Shown: piece after piece, positions 20,826-31,005 of the stretch
Layout: each line of letters begins with the position of its first letter
Position numbering within the stretch: position 1 is the stretch's first letter
Assembly: GCA_965219415.1 (NCBI GenBank)
Contig: CBDCNP010000002.1
Coordinates: 3,136,001-3,200,000 of the forward strand
DNA: 64,000 bases
Direction: 5' to 3'
From: Candidatus Marinacidobacterales bacterium
Lineage (GTDB): Bacteria; Acidobacteriota; Vicinamibacteria; Marinacidobacterales; DATDRI01
Program-made: the position numbers and the translations under genes
The notes under the pieces: generated by a model
Told to the model about the DNA's origin: nothing
What the model saw: only the letters and a program-made list of their open reading frames with translations
The model's database searches: none

Positions 20826-23800
20826 ATGTGCCCTCCTGTGAACGAAAAACGACGATTCTCTAAGGTCATGGCGGCTAACCGCGGGGAGATCGCCATCCGC
20901 ATCTTCCGCGCGTGTACGGAGCTCGGGATCCGAACGCTCGCCATCTACGCTCACGCCGATCAACTCTCCATTCATCGCTATAAAGCGGACGAGGCATTTC
21001 CCGTCGGTTCGCCCGACCAGCCGGTAGGGGCCTACCTGGATCAGGAGGCCATTCTCGATATTGCCCTCGCCCATGAAGTGGACGCGATCCATCCCGGATA
21101 CGGTTTTCTGGCGGAGAATGCGGAGTTCGCCGGCCGATGTGCCGATGCCAGAGTCGTTTTCATCGGACCGCGGCCGGAGGTCTTGGAGGCTTTCGGTAGC
21201 AAGACCTCGGCACGCCGGCTCGCCAAGGAGGCCGGGGTTCAGGTTGTGCCGGGAACCGAAGAGCCCTTGACCTCGACCGAGCAGGTGCGAGCCTTCGCCT
21301 CGGAGCACGGCTACCCCATTCTTCTCAAAGCATCTTTCGGCGGAGGCGGTCGAGGGATGCGCATCGTGCGCTCGAACGAAGAGGTGGATCAGGCTTTCGA
21401 GCAGGCGCGCAGCGAGGCGAAGGCGGCTTTCGGTCGCGAGGACGTTTACTGCGAGAAGCTTCTCGAGCAAGTGAAACACATCGAGGTCCAGGTCCTCGCC
21501 GACGAGCACGGCCAGTGCGTCCACTTGTTCGAACGCGACTGTTCCGTGCAGCGCCGCCACCAGAAAGTCGTCGAGTTCGCACCTGCGATTTCTATCGGCG
21601 ACCAGGTGCGCTCGGAGCTCTACCAGGCGGCACTTCGCATCGCCACCACCGCGGGCTACAACAATGCGGGCACGGTCGAATTCCTCGTCGACGACCAAGG
21701 CTACTATTTCATCGAGGTCAATCCACGGATCCAGGTCGAGCACACCGTGACCGAGTGCATCACCGGACGCGACCTCGTTCAAGCGCAGATTCGAGTCGCT
21801 GAGGGTTTTCGATTGCGAGACCCCGAGATAGGGATCTCGAGTCAGGCTGCCATCACGAAGAACGGCTACGCGGTGCAATGCCGGCTCACCGCCGAGGATC
21901 CGCAGGCGGAGTTTGCACCGAGCACCGGGAAGATCCGCGCCTATCGCGCCGCGGAAGGTTTTGGTATTCGGCTCGACGACGGGACCGCCGGAGCGGGTAC
22001 GATCATTTCGAGCTACTACGACAGCCTCATCGTCAAGGTAACCGCCACCGCTCTCGACTTCAAAGGCGCGCGTGCCAAGTTGCTACGTTCTCTTCGCGAA
22101 TTTCGGATTCGGGGAGTCAAGACCAACACACGATTCTTGGAAAACGTGATTTCTCACCCTCGATTCGTCATTGGAGATGTAGACACCCGGTTCATCGATG
22201 AAACGCCGGAGCTCTTCGAGTTTCCGCCGGGGCGTGACCGGGGCACCAAGCTCTTGAGAGCGCTCGCGGACGCGGTTGTGAATGGACCGCCAGGTGCGAA
22301 AGGCCCTCTGAAACGACCGACACCTCTCTTTCTCCCTCAAGTGCCGGTGCTCGAACCCGACCAGTTGCGGAAGGCGCCCGAAGACGGAGAGGCGATGGCT
22401 GCCTTTCGAGACAAGGGTCCGGAAGGCTTGGCGAGCTGGCTTCGAGAGGAATCGCGTCTCTGGGTAACCGACACCACGTTTCGAGACGCGCATCAGTCGC
22501 TCCTATCGACCCGTGTTCGCACTGCGGATATGGAAGCCATCGCGCCGGTTACCGCCCGCATCGCGAGCAATCTCTTTAGTGTCGAAATGTGGGGAGGGGC
22601 GACCTTCGACGTCGCCTATCGTTTCCTGAACGAAGACCCTTGGGAGCGACTAAGCCGTTTGCGGACGGCGATGCCCAACATGCTTTTCCAAATGCTGCTC
22701 CGGGGCGCGAACGCCGTCGGCTACACGAACTATCCCGATAGCGTCATCCGACGCTTCGTTCACTGTGCCGCCGAGGCGGGGATCGATATCTTCCGCATCT
22801 TCGATGCACTCAACTGGGTCCCGAATATGACGTTGGCCATCGAAGAGGTGGCGAAAGCGGGCAAGGTAGCCGAAGCCGCTATCTGTTACACCGGCGACAT
22901 CTCCGATCCGAGTCGCAAGAAATACGATCTTGACTACTACGTGGGCCTTGCCAAAGAACTTACCGAGCGCGGAGCGCACATACTCGCCATCAAAGACATG
23001 GCGGGACTTCTCAAACCCGCGGCGGCGCGCCGGCTCATCCCCGCCCTTCGCGAGGAGACCGGGCTTCCTGTCCATCTCCACACCCACGATACGAGTGGCA
23101 ACGGTGTCGCGACCTATCTCATGGCGAGCGAAGCCGGTGTCGATGCTATCGATTGCGCCCTCGCGAGCATGTCGGGACTCACCAGCCAGCCGTCCTTGAA
23201 CGCCGTTTGCTCTGCCCTCGCCACCAATGAGAGGCGGCCGGCTCTCGATCCGGACGCGATGAATCGACTCGACCTCTATTGGGAACGGGTCCGCAACCTC
23301 TATTACTGCTTCGAGTCCGGTCTCAAGGCTAGCACCGCGGAGGTCTACCATCATGAAATTCCCGGTGGCCAGTACTCGAACCTGCTTCGGCGCGCCGACC
23401 AGCTCGGTCTCGGCGAGCGCTGGGGAGAGCTCAAAGAGAAGTACTGTGAGGTCAATCTCCTCCTCGGCGACATTATTAAGGTAACGCCGACGTCGAAGGT
23501 GGTGGCCGACTTCGCGATGTTTCTGGTTCAGAACGAGCTGACCGCGGAGGAAGCCATATCCCAGGCCAGCCGCTTGGATTTTCCTCAATCGGTAGTGGAC
23601 TTCCTCGCCGGCAGCCTTGGCCAGCCCTATGGCGGGTTCCCGGAGCGCGTGCAGAAAGCAATCCTGAAGGGGCGCCCGGCGATCACCGATCGCGCCGGCG
23701 AGCACTTGGAGCCCCACGATTTCGATGCCGCGAAGAAGCGACTACAAGAGCGGTTGGGGCGTGAGCCGACCGAAAAAGCGCTCTTGAGCGATGCGCTCTA

Positions 23801-24305
23801 CCCAAACGTGTTCGAAGATTACCTAAAGCACAACGACACGTTTGGCGATCCGTCCATTCTTCCGACTCCCGCCTTCCTCTACGGGCTGCAAGTGGGTGAA
23901 GAGGTCAGCGTGGACATCGAGCGGGGAAAGACCTTGATCGTCAAGCTCGTTGCGATCGGAGGCTCGACCGCCGACGGACGCCGCATGGTGTACTTCGAGC
24001 TCAACGGTCAGCCCCGTGAAGTCGTTGTGCGCGACCTGAGCGTGGCGATCTCCGAAGAGGCTGCGCCGATGGCCGATCCCTCGGATCCGCTCGACGTCGG
24101 TGCCAGCATGCCCGGCAAGGTGCTTCGTGTCCTCTGCAAGGTTGGAGATGCGGTCGAGCTCGGTGATGGTCTGCTGGTCCTCGAAGCCATGAAGATGGAG
24201 ACGTCGGTCACCGCCCCCAACGCGGGTATCGTCGAACGCATCGATGTGGAGATCGGTGAGGATACGAAGGCCGGTCAGAGGGTAGCCCGGCTGCGCACCG
24301 ACTAA
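20826..24305 (+). CDS. pyc: Pyruvate carboxylase
   Basis: ANRGEIA, RDCSVQRRHQK, TDTTFRDAHQS, WGGATFD, IKDMAG, HLHTH, biotin motif EAMKM. Confidence 0.98.
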   Translation: MCPPVNEKRRFSKVMAANRGEIAIRIFRACTELGIRTLAIYAHADQLSIHRYKADEAFPVGSPDQPVGAYLDQEAILDIALAHEVDAIHPGYGFLAENAEFAGRCADARVVFIGPRPEVLEAFGSKTSARRLAKEAGVQVVPGTEEPLTSTEQVRAFASEHGYPILLKASFGGGGRGMRIVRSNEEVDQAFEQARSEAKAAFGREDVYCEKLLEQVKHIEVQVLADEHGQCVHLFERDCSVQRRHQKVVEFAPAISIGDQVRSELYQAALRIATTAGYNNAGTVEFLVDDQGYYFIEVNPRIQVEHTVTECITGRDLVQAQIRVAEGFRLRDPEIGISSQAAITKNGYAVQCRLTAEDPQAEFAPSTGKIRAYRAAEGFGIRLDDGTAGAGTIISSYYDSLIVKVTATALDFKGARAKLLRSLREFRIRGVKTNTRFLENVISHPRFVIGDVDTRFIDETPELFEFPPGRDRGTKLLRALADAVVNGPPGAKGPLKRPTPLFLPQVPVLEPDQLRKAPEDGEAMAAFRDKGPEGLASWLREESRLWVTDTTFRDAHQSLLSTRVRTADMEAIAPVTARIASNLFSVEMWGGATFDVAYRFLNEDPWERLSRLRTAMPNMLFQMLLRGANAVGYTNYPDSVIRRFVHCAAEAGIDIFRIFDALNWVPNMTLAIEEVAKAGKVAEAAICYTGDISDPSRKKYDLDYYVGLAKELTERGAHILAIKDMAGLLKPAAARRLIPALREETGLPVHLHTHDTSGNGVATYLMASEAGVDAIDCALASMSGLTSQPSLNAVCSALATNERRPALDPDAMNRLDLYWERVRNLYYCFESGLKASTAEVYHHEIPGGQYSNLLRRADQLGLGERWGELKEKYCEVNLLLGDIIKVTPTSKVVADFAMFLVQNELTAEEAISQASRLDFPQSVVDFLAGSLGQPYGGFPERVQKAILKGRPAITDRAGEHLEPHDFDAAKKRLQERLGREPTEKALLSDALYPNVFEDYLKHNDTFGDPSILPTPAFLYGLQVGEEVSVDIERGKTLIVKLVAIGGSTADGRRMVYFELNGQPREVVVRDLSVAISEEAAPMADPSDPLDVGASMPGKVLRVLCKVGDAVELGDGLLVLEAMKMETSVTAPNAGIVERIDVEIGEDTKAGQRVARLRTD

Positions 24306-24307
24306 GA

Positions 24308-25729
24308 CTATTTTCGATAGTCGAGCGGCGGTTTTCGATCGCCTACCAGCGGTTCGTACTTGAAATCGGGCCCCTGAGCCTGCTGAAGCTCCCGCACCGC
24401 CTTCTCCACGATCGATGGATCTTCGAAAATATCGACTGCGGTCATCGCCAGCGTCTTCGCCGCGACCGCCATCCCTTTGAGACCGATGCTCGTCCCGCCT
24501 GAGGCGACGGCCTGCCAGCTGTGGGACGGTGTTCCGGGTACCCAAGTCGCTGCATAGAACTGCGCGTAGGGTACGACCCAGCTGACATCCGCAACGTCTG
24601 AGGAGGCGGACGCCATCGACGGTTTCCATGGCAGAACCTCTGACTGGGAGCCGATGGGTTTGGGCTTGGCAAGCGTCTTCTGTATTTTCTCCGCGAAGGC
24701 AGTCTCTTCTTCGGTGTAGACCACTCCCGCGGAGGCGCGCAGATTCTTGTCGAGGAGTCGGTGCACCGTCTCGTTCGGGTTCACCGCGTAGATGCCGTGG
24801 ATGATCTCGTACTCCATGCGGGTGCCTGTACCGAGGGCCGCTCCCTCGGCAGCCTGGTGAACCCTTTCCCAAATCCCCCGCAAAGCTTCTATATCGGGAT
24901 GACGTGTGTAGTAATAGACCTCAGCGAAATCAGGCACGACATTCGGTGCCTCGCCGCCACGAGTGATGATGTAGTGAATGCGGGCCGTCGAGTCGACGTG
25001 CTCGCGCATCAGATTGATCATGTAGTTCATCGATTCGACGGCATCGAGGGCCGATCGGCCTTGTTCGGGAGCCCCCGCGGCGTGAGCCGAGCGGCCATAG
25101 AATCGGAACTTGGTGGAGATATTGGCGAGCGAGGTGACGGGGCTGGCATCGTTACGATCTCCGGCGTGCCAGGCAATGGAGATGTCGACGTCTTCGAAGA
25201 GTCCTTCACGGACCATGTAGACCTTGCCCGCTCCACCTTCTTCTGCCGGTGTGCCGTAGAGTCGGATGGTCCCGCTAGTACCGGACTTCTGTAGCCACTC
25301 TTTGACTGCGATAGCAGCGGCCGTCGAAGCGGTTCCGAAGAGATGATGTCCACACGCATGCCCGGCCTGGCCGGCGGCGGCCTTCCGCTCGGTGGTCACC
25401 TGTTGCGACAGACCCGGCAGGGCATCGTACTCGGCCAAGATCGCGATCACCGGTTTCCCATCACCCCAGCTCGCGGTGAAGGCGGTGGGCATGCCGGCGA
25501 CGCCCGCCTGCACGTCGAAGCCGGCGGCCTGAAGCTGTGATTGCAGAAGCGCAGAGGATTTCTCCTCTTGGTAGCCGACTTCTGCGAACTCCCAAATGTT
25601 CATCGCCACTTTCGCGAAATCGCCTTGACTACCGTCGAGGAAGCTCGTGACTTGATCCTTGGCTTCCTCGGCCCCGGCTTGTCCGGAGAGGACGATCGTC
25701 AAGAGAGTAACTATTGTTCTGGTTGTCAT
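24308..25729 (-). CDS. M20 amidohydrolase, AbgB-like (p-aminobenzoyl-glutamate hydrolase subunit B family)
   Basis: EYDALPGLSQ, GHACGH, GTPAEEGG, GRSALDAVE, SDVADVSW. ATGA overlap with the upstream permease. Confidence 0.92.
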   Translation of the reverse strand: MTTRTIVTLLTIVLSGQAGAEEAKDQVTSFLDGSQGDFAKVAMNIWEFAEVGYQEEKSSALLQSQLQAAGFDVQAGVAGMPTAFTASWGDGKPVIAILAEYDALPGLSQQVTTERKAAAGQAGHACGHHLFGTASTAAAIAVKEWLQKSGTSGTIRLYGTPAEEGGAGKVYMVREGLFEDVDISIAWHAGDRNDASPVTSLANISTKFRFYGRSAHAAGAPEQGRSALDAVESMNYMINLMREHVDSTARIHYIITRGGEAPNVVPDFAEVYYYTRHPDIEALRGIWERVHQAAEGAALGTGTRMEYEIIHGIYAVNPNETVHRLLDKNLRASAGVVYTEEETAFAEKIQKTLAKPKPIGSQSEVLPWKPSMASASSDVADVSWVVPYAQFYAATWVPGTPSHSWQAVASGGTSIGLKGMAVAAKTLAMTAVDIFEDPSIVEKAVRELQQAQGPDFKYEPLVGDRKPPLDYRK

Positions 25730-27066
25730 TTTTGTCTCCTTGAAAGCACATGCCAGAGAAGCCCGCCGCCGAGCAGTGCGAGCCCCGAAAGCCACACCGA
25801 CCGATCCACCCAGAAAGCGAGGAAAAGACACGCGGCAAGACCACCCCAAGCGAATGCTCGTGGGTAGAGGCGTTCACTCGGCGGAAGCGCCAGCGCCGAG
25901 GCATTCGTGATCGCGTAGTAAATCAGAACGGTGAACGCACTGAAAGACCAAGTGGTTTTGACGTCTCCGATGGCAACGAGACCAGTAATGATGAGACCGA
26001 CCACAGCCACCGCGAAATAGGGCGTCGTTCGAGACTCGTTCAGGGTAGCGACCGCTTGTGGCATGTCCCCCCGACGGCCCATGGCGAGGAGAACACGTGA
26101 GAGTCCGAGTATGAGATTCAAGAGAACGCCGAGCATGGCGGTCATGGCCCCGATGGCAACGATGAGAGGCAGGCCGGGCACACGGAAACTCTCGGCAACG
26201 ATCTCGAGTGGCGCCGCCTTGCCGATGGTGGCGGCCGCCAACGCCTCGGCTCCCCCGGCTCCTACCGCGACGATTCCCACCGCTACATAGAGCGCAGCCG
26301 ATAGGACGAGCGTGATGACGATGGCGCGCGGGATAGTGCGACGAGGGTTGCGCACTTCCTCTCCCAGCGTCGCGATGCGCCCATATCCAGTGAACGCCAC
26401 GAACATGAGAGCGGAGGCTTCGAGAAAACCGGGCCACCCGGCTAGCGTGTCTCGCGGGAGGAAGGGCAGAAGATTCTCGGTTCCGGTGCGCATCAGATGC
26501 ACGACTCCGATTAGAACGAAAAGACCAAGCGCGAACCATGTCAGCGAGGCAATGAGAATATTCGTCCAGTTCGCTCGCCGGATTCCCGTGAGAACGATCG
26601 CAGTCAAGACCAGCGTCGTCACTGCCGCGATGAGAACGAGCGATCCACCGCTGTCCGCCCCGAGTGCATGGAGAAGATAGCCTGAAAAGCCGAGCGCCGC
26701 GGTAGCGGCGGAGGCAGACTTGGCGCAAAGAAACATCCACCCCGCGGAAAACCCGAGCCACGGTTTCAGGAAGCGATAGCCGTACTCGTAGGTCCCGCCA
26801 CTGACCGGATGACTGGCCGCTAGCTGAGCGCTCGAAAGCGCGTTACAGGTTGCGACCAGGGCAGCCAAAGGGATCGCCAGAATGACGGAACCGCCGCTCA
26901 CACCGGCGGCAATGCCGATACTGACGAAGACCCCGGTGCCCACGATGGAGCCGAGCCCCATCATCACCGCCGAGGCGACCCCGAGCTCTCGATGTAGCTG
27001 TCCGGATTTCGCGTCCGCCATTTCGGCTGCCATCTCGTCTGCCATTTCGTTTCGATACTTCAACAA
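25726..27066 (-). CDS. APC family amino acid permease
   Basis: GSIVGTGVF, SGGTYEYG, FVAFTGYGRIATLGEE, about 12 TM segments. Confidence 0.93.
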   Translation of the reverse strand: MLKYRNEMADEMAAEMADAKSGQLHRELGVASAVMMGLGSIVGTGVFVSIGIAAGVSGGSVILAIPLAALVATCNALSSAQLAASHPVSGGTYEYGYRFLKPWLGFSAGWMFLCAKSASAATAALGFSGYLLHALGADSGGSLVLIAAVTTLVLTAIVLTGIRRANWTNILIASLTWFALGLFVLIGVVHLMRTGTENLLPFLPRDTLAGWPGFLEASALMFVAFTGYGRIATLGEEVRNPRRTIPRAIVITLVLSAALYVAVGIVAVGAGGAEALAAATIGKAAPLEIVAESFRVPGLPLIVAIGAMTAMLGVLLNLILGLSRVLLAMGRRGDMPQAVATLNESRTTPYFAVAVVGLIITGLVAIGDVKTTWSFSAFTVLIYYAITNASALALPPSERLYPRAFAWGGLAACLFLAFWVDRSVWLSGLALLGGGLLWHVLSRRQK

Positions 27067-27111
27067 ACGTTTCGCGTCCGCAAGTGCTCCGTTTGTGAAA
27101 TGGCGAGATGA

Positions 27112-29094
27112 ATGGTAGACGAGTGGGCCATGGAGACCAAACCGGGCTTGCCGCCCGAAGCGTACGAAGAGATCCCCGGCGATCAGTATCCGCCGTACGT
27201 TCCCCCGAGCCAGTCGCCGCCCGAGTTCACGGTCCGGTCAATGGTTCTCGGTGCGCTCTTCGGAATTCTTTTCGGTGCCGCGAACACCTATCTCGGACTC
27301 CGCGTGGGACTCACTATCTCGACGTCGATCCCGGTGGCGGTGATGACGGTCCTCGCCTTCGCCGTGCTTCCCAAGAGGGCCGACAAGCAGACCAGCATCC
27401 TCGAAGCGAACATGAGCCAGACCATCGGCTCCGCGTCGTCCTCTCTGGCTTCGGGGCTCATCTTCACCATCCCGGCGCTTTTTCTTTGGGGGATCGTCCC
27501 CGGCCTTCCCAAGATGACGGTGATCGCCCTTGCCGGTGGACTTCTCGGCGTGCTCTTCATGGTGCCGTTGCGCCGGTACCTGATGCGCGGCGAGCACGGC
27601 AAGCTTCCGTACCCCGAGGGAACCGCGTGCGGAGAGGTGTTGGTGGCCAGCGAGATCGGGGGCGCGAAAGCGAGAGAAGTATTTCTCGGCCTCGGGATCG
27701 GCGCCGTCTATCGTCTGTTGCAGGGGGCCTTGAGACTTTGGCACGGAGAGCTCTCGTTGAGGTTGCCCCTTTTACCCAAGGCCGAGGTCGCCCTCGAAAC
27801 GTCTCCCGCACTTCTCGGTGTCGGGTTCATCCTTGGGCCGCGCATCGCCAACGTGATGGTAGGAGGCTCCATACTCTCTTGGGTCATTCTGATCCCTGCC
27901 ATTGCGTGGATCGGTAACGATTGGACCACGCCCCTCTACCCCGAGTCGGAAGCTCTCGTGCGCGACATGTCGCCATCGACGCTTTGGACCCGTTACATTC
28001 GATACGTGGGGGCAGGCGCAGTGGCGATGGGCGGCATCATTACATTAGTGCGCGCCGTACCCACGATGGTGTCCGCCTTCAAGGTGGGCTTCGAACAACT
28101 TCGCCGACGCGTGTCCTCGACAACCGGCGACGACACGGAACGTACCGACCGCGATCTTTCGATGAAGTGGGTCATCCTCGGGGTCACGACCGTGATTCTC
28201 TTCCTCGCGCTAGTCCCGCACGTTCTCGGGTTTCTCGAGAGTGCCGGATTGAGACTGGTCGCCGCTGCGATGGTGGCTATCTTCGCGTTCTTCTTCGTGA
28301 CCGTTTCCTCCCGCATCGTGGGCTTGGTCGGCGTGACCAGCAACCCGACTTCCGGAATGACCATCGCGACGCTCCTCGGCACGAGTGGGCTCTTTCTCGC
28401 TTTCGGCTGGACCGACCTACAGGGTCAGGCGGCTGCCCTCACCGTCGGAACCGTCGTCGCCGTAGCGGCTTCGATCGCCGGCGATACGAGCCAGGACCTC
28501 AAAACTGGATTTCTACTGGGCGCCACGCCCGCGCGTCAACAAAAAGGCGAGCTCATCGGAGTTCTCACTTGCGCCTTCTTCGTGGCTCTTACGTTGACCG
28601 TTCTGTCCGAGGCCTATGGCTTCGGCACACGCGAACTTCCCGCTCCGCAGGCCAACATGATGAAGATCGTCATCGAGGGCGTGCTCGGTCAGGATCTTCC
28701 GTGGCTCTTGGTGGGTATCGGCGCGGTCATCGCGATCCTCGCCGAGCTCGCCGGCCTTCCGTCGCTCGCGTTCGCCGTGGGCATCTACTTGCCGCTCGCA
28801 ACCATGTCGCCCGTCTTCGTGGGTGGGCTCCTTCGTTGGATGTCGGAGAAAAGAGCTCGCGACGAGAGCGATCGCCGAGAACGGAGAGAGCGAGGGATCT
28901 TGTTCGGTTCCGGCCTCGTGGGCGGAGAAGGGTTGTTGGGGGTCGGCATTGCTGCGTACGCCGTCTTGACGACCCGCGCACCAGCAGGCATCGGCTCCGA
29001 CTGGGCGGGAGCACTCGCTCCTTGGGTGCCCATCCTGCCGTTTGGTTTTCTTGTTTGGATGTTGTGGCGCGCCGCTCAGGCTCGTTCGTCATGA
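27112..29094 (+). CDS. OPT family oligopeptide transporter
   Basis: ANTYLGLRVG, LPYPEGTAC, SNPTSGMTIAT, QDLKTG, LPAPQA. Confidence 0.95.
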   Translation: MVDEWAMETKPGLPPEAYEEIPGDQYPPYVPPSQSPPEFTVRSMVLGALFGILFGAANTYLGLRVGLTISTSIPVAVMTVLAFAVLPKRADKQTSILEANMSQTIGSASSSLASGLIFTIPALFLWGIVPGLPKMTVIALAGGLLGVLFMVPLRRYLMRGEHGKLPYPEGTACGEVLVASEIGGAKAREVFLGLGIGAVYRLLQGALRLWHGELSLRLPLLPKAEVALETSPALLGVGFILGPRIANVMVGGSILSWVILIPAIAWIGNDWTTPLYPESEALVRDMSPSTLWTRYIRYVGAGAVAMGGIITLVRAVPTMVSAFKVGFEQLRRRVSSTTGDDTERTDRDLSMKWVILGVTTVILFLALVPHVLGFLESAGLRLVAAAMVAIFAFFFVTVSSRIVGLVGVTSNPTSGMTIATLLGTSGLFLAFGWTDLQGQAAALTVGTVVAVAASIAGDTSQDLKTGFLLGATPARQQKGELIGVLTCAFFVALTLTVLSEAYGFGTRELPAPQANMMKIVIEGVLGQDLPWLLVGIGAVIAILAELAGLPSLAFAVGIYLPLATMSPVFVGGLLRWMSEKRARDESDRRERRERGILFGSGLVGGEGLLGVGIAAYAVLTTRAPAGIGSDWAGALAPWVPILPFGFLVWMLWRAAQARSS

Positions 29095-30173
29095 AGATAA
29101 CGAAAGTCAAAGCCATTGGGCTCGAATGTCCCATCGAGGGTTGGTTTCTCCCCACCCGGACCTATGTGCTGGTCGAGATCACAACCGATGAAGGCATCAC
29201 CGGCATCGGACAGTGTGGAACGGTGGGCCATCCCGAGATCGCGAGAATCGTAGACAAGCGAATCGCGCCGCTCTTGATAGGCGAAGACCCCTTCGACCGC
29301 CCTCGCATCTGGGCCAAGCTATGGGATGATCCGAGAGTCGTTCTTTCTTGGGGACACAAAGGCGCCGAGGCCTACGCGCTCAGCGGTATCGACATCGCGC
29401 TTTGGGACATCGAAGGGAAAGCCTGTGGGCAACCGATCCACAAACTCCTCGGCGCTTCACGCAGCAAGATCCGCGCGTACTCGAGTCACGGCGATCCGGA
29501 CAAAGTTGAACATTACAAGAGCCAAGGGTTCACCGCCTACAAGTTCGGCGAATGGCACGGTGAGCCCGGCGACTTGAAGCAAATTGATCGGATGGTAGCG
29601 AAGCTGAGACGGGCCATTGGAGACGAGGCAGCCCTCTTGTTCGACGGCTTCCAGCGATACGATCTGGCCAAGGCCGTAAGAGTCGCCAGAGTCTTGGAAG
29701 AGTACGATGCGTTCTTCTTCGAGGAGCCCGTCCTGTCCTACGACTTCGATAGCATGGCGGCGCTCGCCGGGCGGACCACCGTTCCTCTCGCGGCCGGTGA
29801 ACATCAGTTCACGGTTCGGGAGGCTTCCGATCTAATCCTGAAGGCAGGGATTCAGTACGTGCAACCCGAGATCACAGACTGTGGCGGCATCACCGAGGCC
29901 ATGAAGATCGCTGCCGTCGCCGAGTCGCGCGGTGTGAAGCTCTGTCCCCACTGCGGCGACAGCCCGGTGGATGTGGCGTCGATGCTCCAAGTCGTCGGTG
30001 CCGCACCGAATGCGATCTTCGGCGAATGGCAGGCGGCTCTCGATTATCCGATGCGCTGGGAGCTTCTAAAGGAACCCATCAAAGTAAGCTCCGACGGTTT
30101 CATCGACATACCCACCGGCCCGGGATTGGGCATCGAGCTCGATCCGAAAGTCGTCGAAAAGTACCGCTGGTAG
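29091..30173 (+). CDS. Mandelate racemase/muconate lactonizing enzyme (enolase superfamily)
   Basis: VEITTDEGITGIG, SGIDIALWDIEGK, FEEP, AAGE, GGITE, PTGPGLGIE. The ATG overlaps the OPT stop codon. Confidence 0.93.
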   Translation: MKITKVKAIGLECPIEGWFLPTRTYVLVEITTDEGITGIGQCGTVGHPEIARIVDKRIAPLLIGEDPFDRPRIWAKLWDDPRVVLSWGHKGAEAYALSGIDIALWDIEGKACGQPIHKLLGASRSKIRAYSSHGDPDKVEHYKSQGFTAYKFGEWHGEPGDLKQIDRMVAKLRRAIGDEAALLFDGFQRYDLAKAVRVARVLEEYDAFFFEEPVLSYDFDSMAALAGRTTVPLAAGEHQFTVREASDLILKAGIQYVQPEITDCGGITEAMKIAAVAESRGVKLCPHCGDSPVDVASMLQVVGAAPNAIFGEWQAALDYPMRWELLKEPIKVSSDGFIDIPTGPGLGIELDPKVVEKYRW

Positions 30174-30244
30174 AGTGTCATCCGGCCAGGGACGACTCCC
30201 CAGCTTTTTTCGTCTCTTTCCTAGAGGGCAGGGATTTGGTGAAC

Positions 30245-30265
30245 ATACGATATCTATCGTATAAT
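30245..30265 (+). promoter_or_regulatory. TA operator and -10 box
   Basis: ATACGATA-TC-TATCGTAT inverted repeat overlapping TATAAT (30260-30265), 6 nt before ATG. Confidence 0.75.
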
Positions 30266-30271
30266 AATCAT

Positions 30272-30589
30272 ATGCCCAAGAAAGCAATTTCTGTGACTCT
30301 ATCCCAGGAGAATCTCCTGTGGCTTCGGGCGCAAGCCGGCGCACGTGGCAAAAGGAGTGTCAGTGAGACCTTGGATCAACTACTGGAACAGGCAAGAACG
30401 GGGCAGACTGTGAAGTCGGCATCTCAGTCGGTTAGGGGTTTGATCCGCATCGCCCCTTCCGATCAAGAGCTTCGAGAGGCGGACCGTGAGATAAGGGCTC
30501 AATTCCGTCGCTCCCTCGAGTCGTTCGACACCGGGGCAGATGTGAGACGGCGACCGAGACGGCGACAGAAGACGAAAAGGAAAGGGTGA
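30272..30589 (+). CDS. Putative antitoxin (RHH-like N-terminus)
   Basis: MPKKAISVTLSQENLLWL..SVSETLDQL, directly upstream of a PIN gene and behind an operator. Confidence 0.7.
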   Translation: MPKKAISVTLSQENLLWLRAQAGARGKRSVSETLDQLLEQARTGQTVKSASQSVRGLIRIAPSDQELREADREIRAQFRRSLESFDTGADVRRRPRRRQKTKRKG

Positions 30590-30595
30590 GGCTTC

Positions 30596-31000
30596 TTGCC
30601 ATCGGCCGCCGTTCTCGACACTCATGCCCTAGTTTTCCATGCGGCGGGCGGCGGGCGGCTTGGCAGGCGGGCGGCGGCTCACTTTGAAGCGTGCGAAGTG
30701 CACCAGGCCATCGCATACGTCCCAGCAGCCGTTCTTTGGGAGTTGTCGGGGCTGGTGCGCCGCGGACGCGTTCGGTTCGGTATCTCGGTAAGAGAATTCT
30801 GCAGTAAGCTTTTCAGCAACCCTGCCTACCAAGCTCTCGATCTGACCCCGGAGCAGGTGTTCATCTCGGATGAGATTCGGCCCAACGAAGATCCGTTCGA
30901 CGCCCTGGTTTGCGCCGCCGCCCTGTCACTTGATCTGCCCTTGATCACTCGCGATCGAGACATTGAACGATCTCGCGTGGTCGAGACGTTGTGGGACTAA
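30596..31000 (+). CDS. vapC: VapC PIN-domain toxin
   Basis: VLDTHALV, LWEL, DPFDALVCAAA, LITRD. Confidence 0.9.
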   Translation: MPSAAVLDTHALVFHAAGGGRLGRRAAAHFEACEVHQAIAYVPAAVLWELSGLVRRGRVRFGISVREFCSKLFSNPAYQALDLTPEQVFISDEIRPNEDPFDALVCAAALSLDLPLITRDRDIERSRVVETLWD

Positions 31001-31005
31001 CGCGC

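Noticed and set aside
20589-24872. Long antisense ORFs opposite pyc (and similar shadow ORFs throughout)
   Set aside because: Expected in GC-rich coding DNA. They show no family motifs.
27921-30173. 750-aa ORF as a fusion protein
   Set aside because: The N-terminal part is an off-frame overlap with the OPT gene. The real gene starts at 29091.
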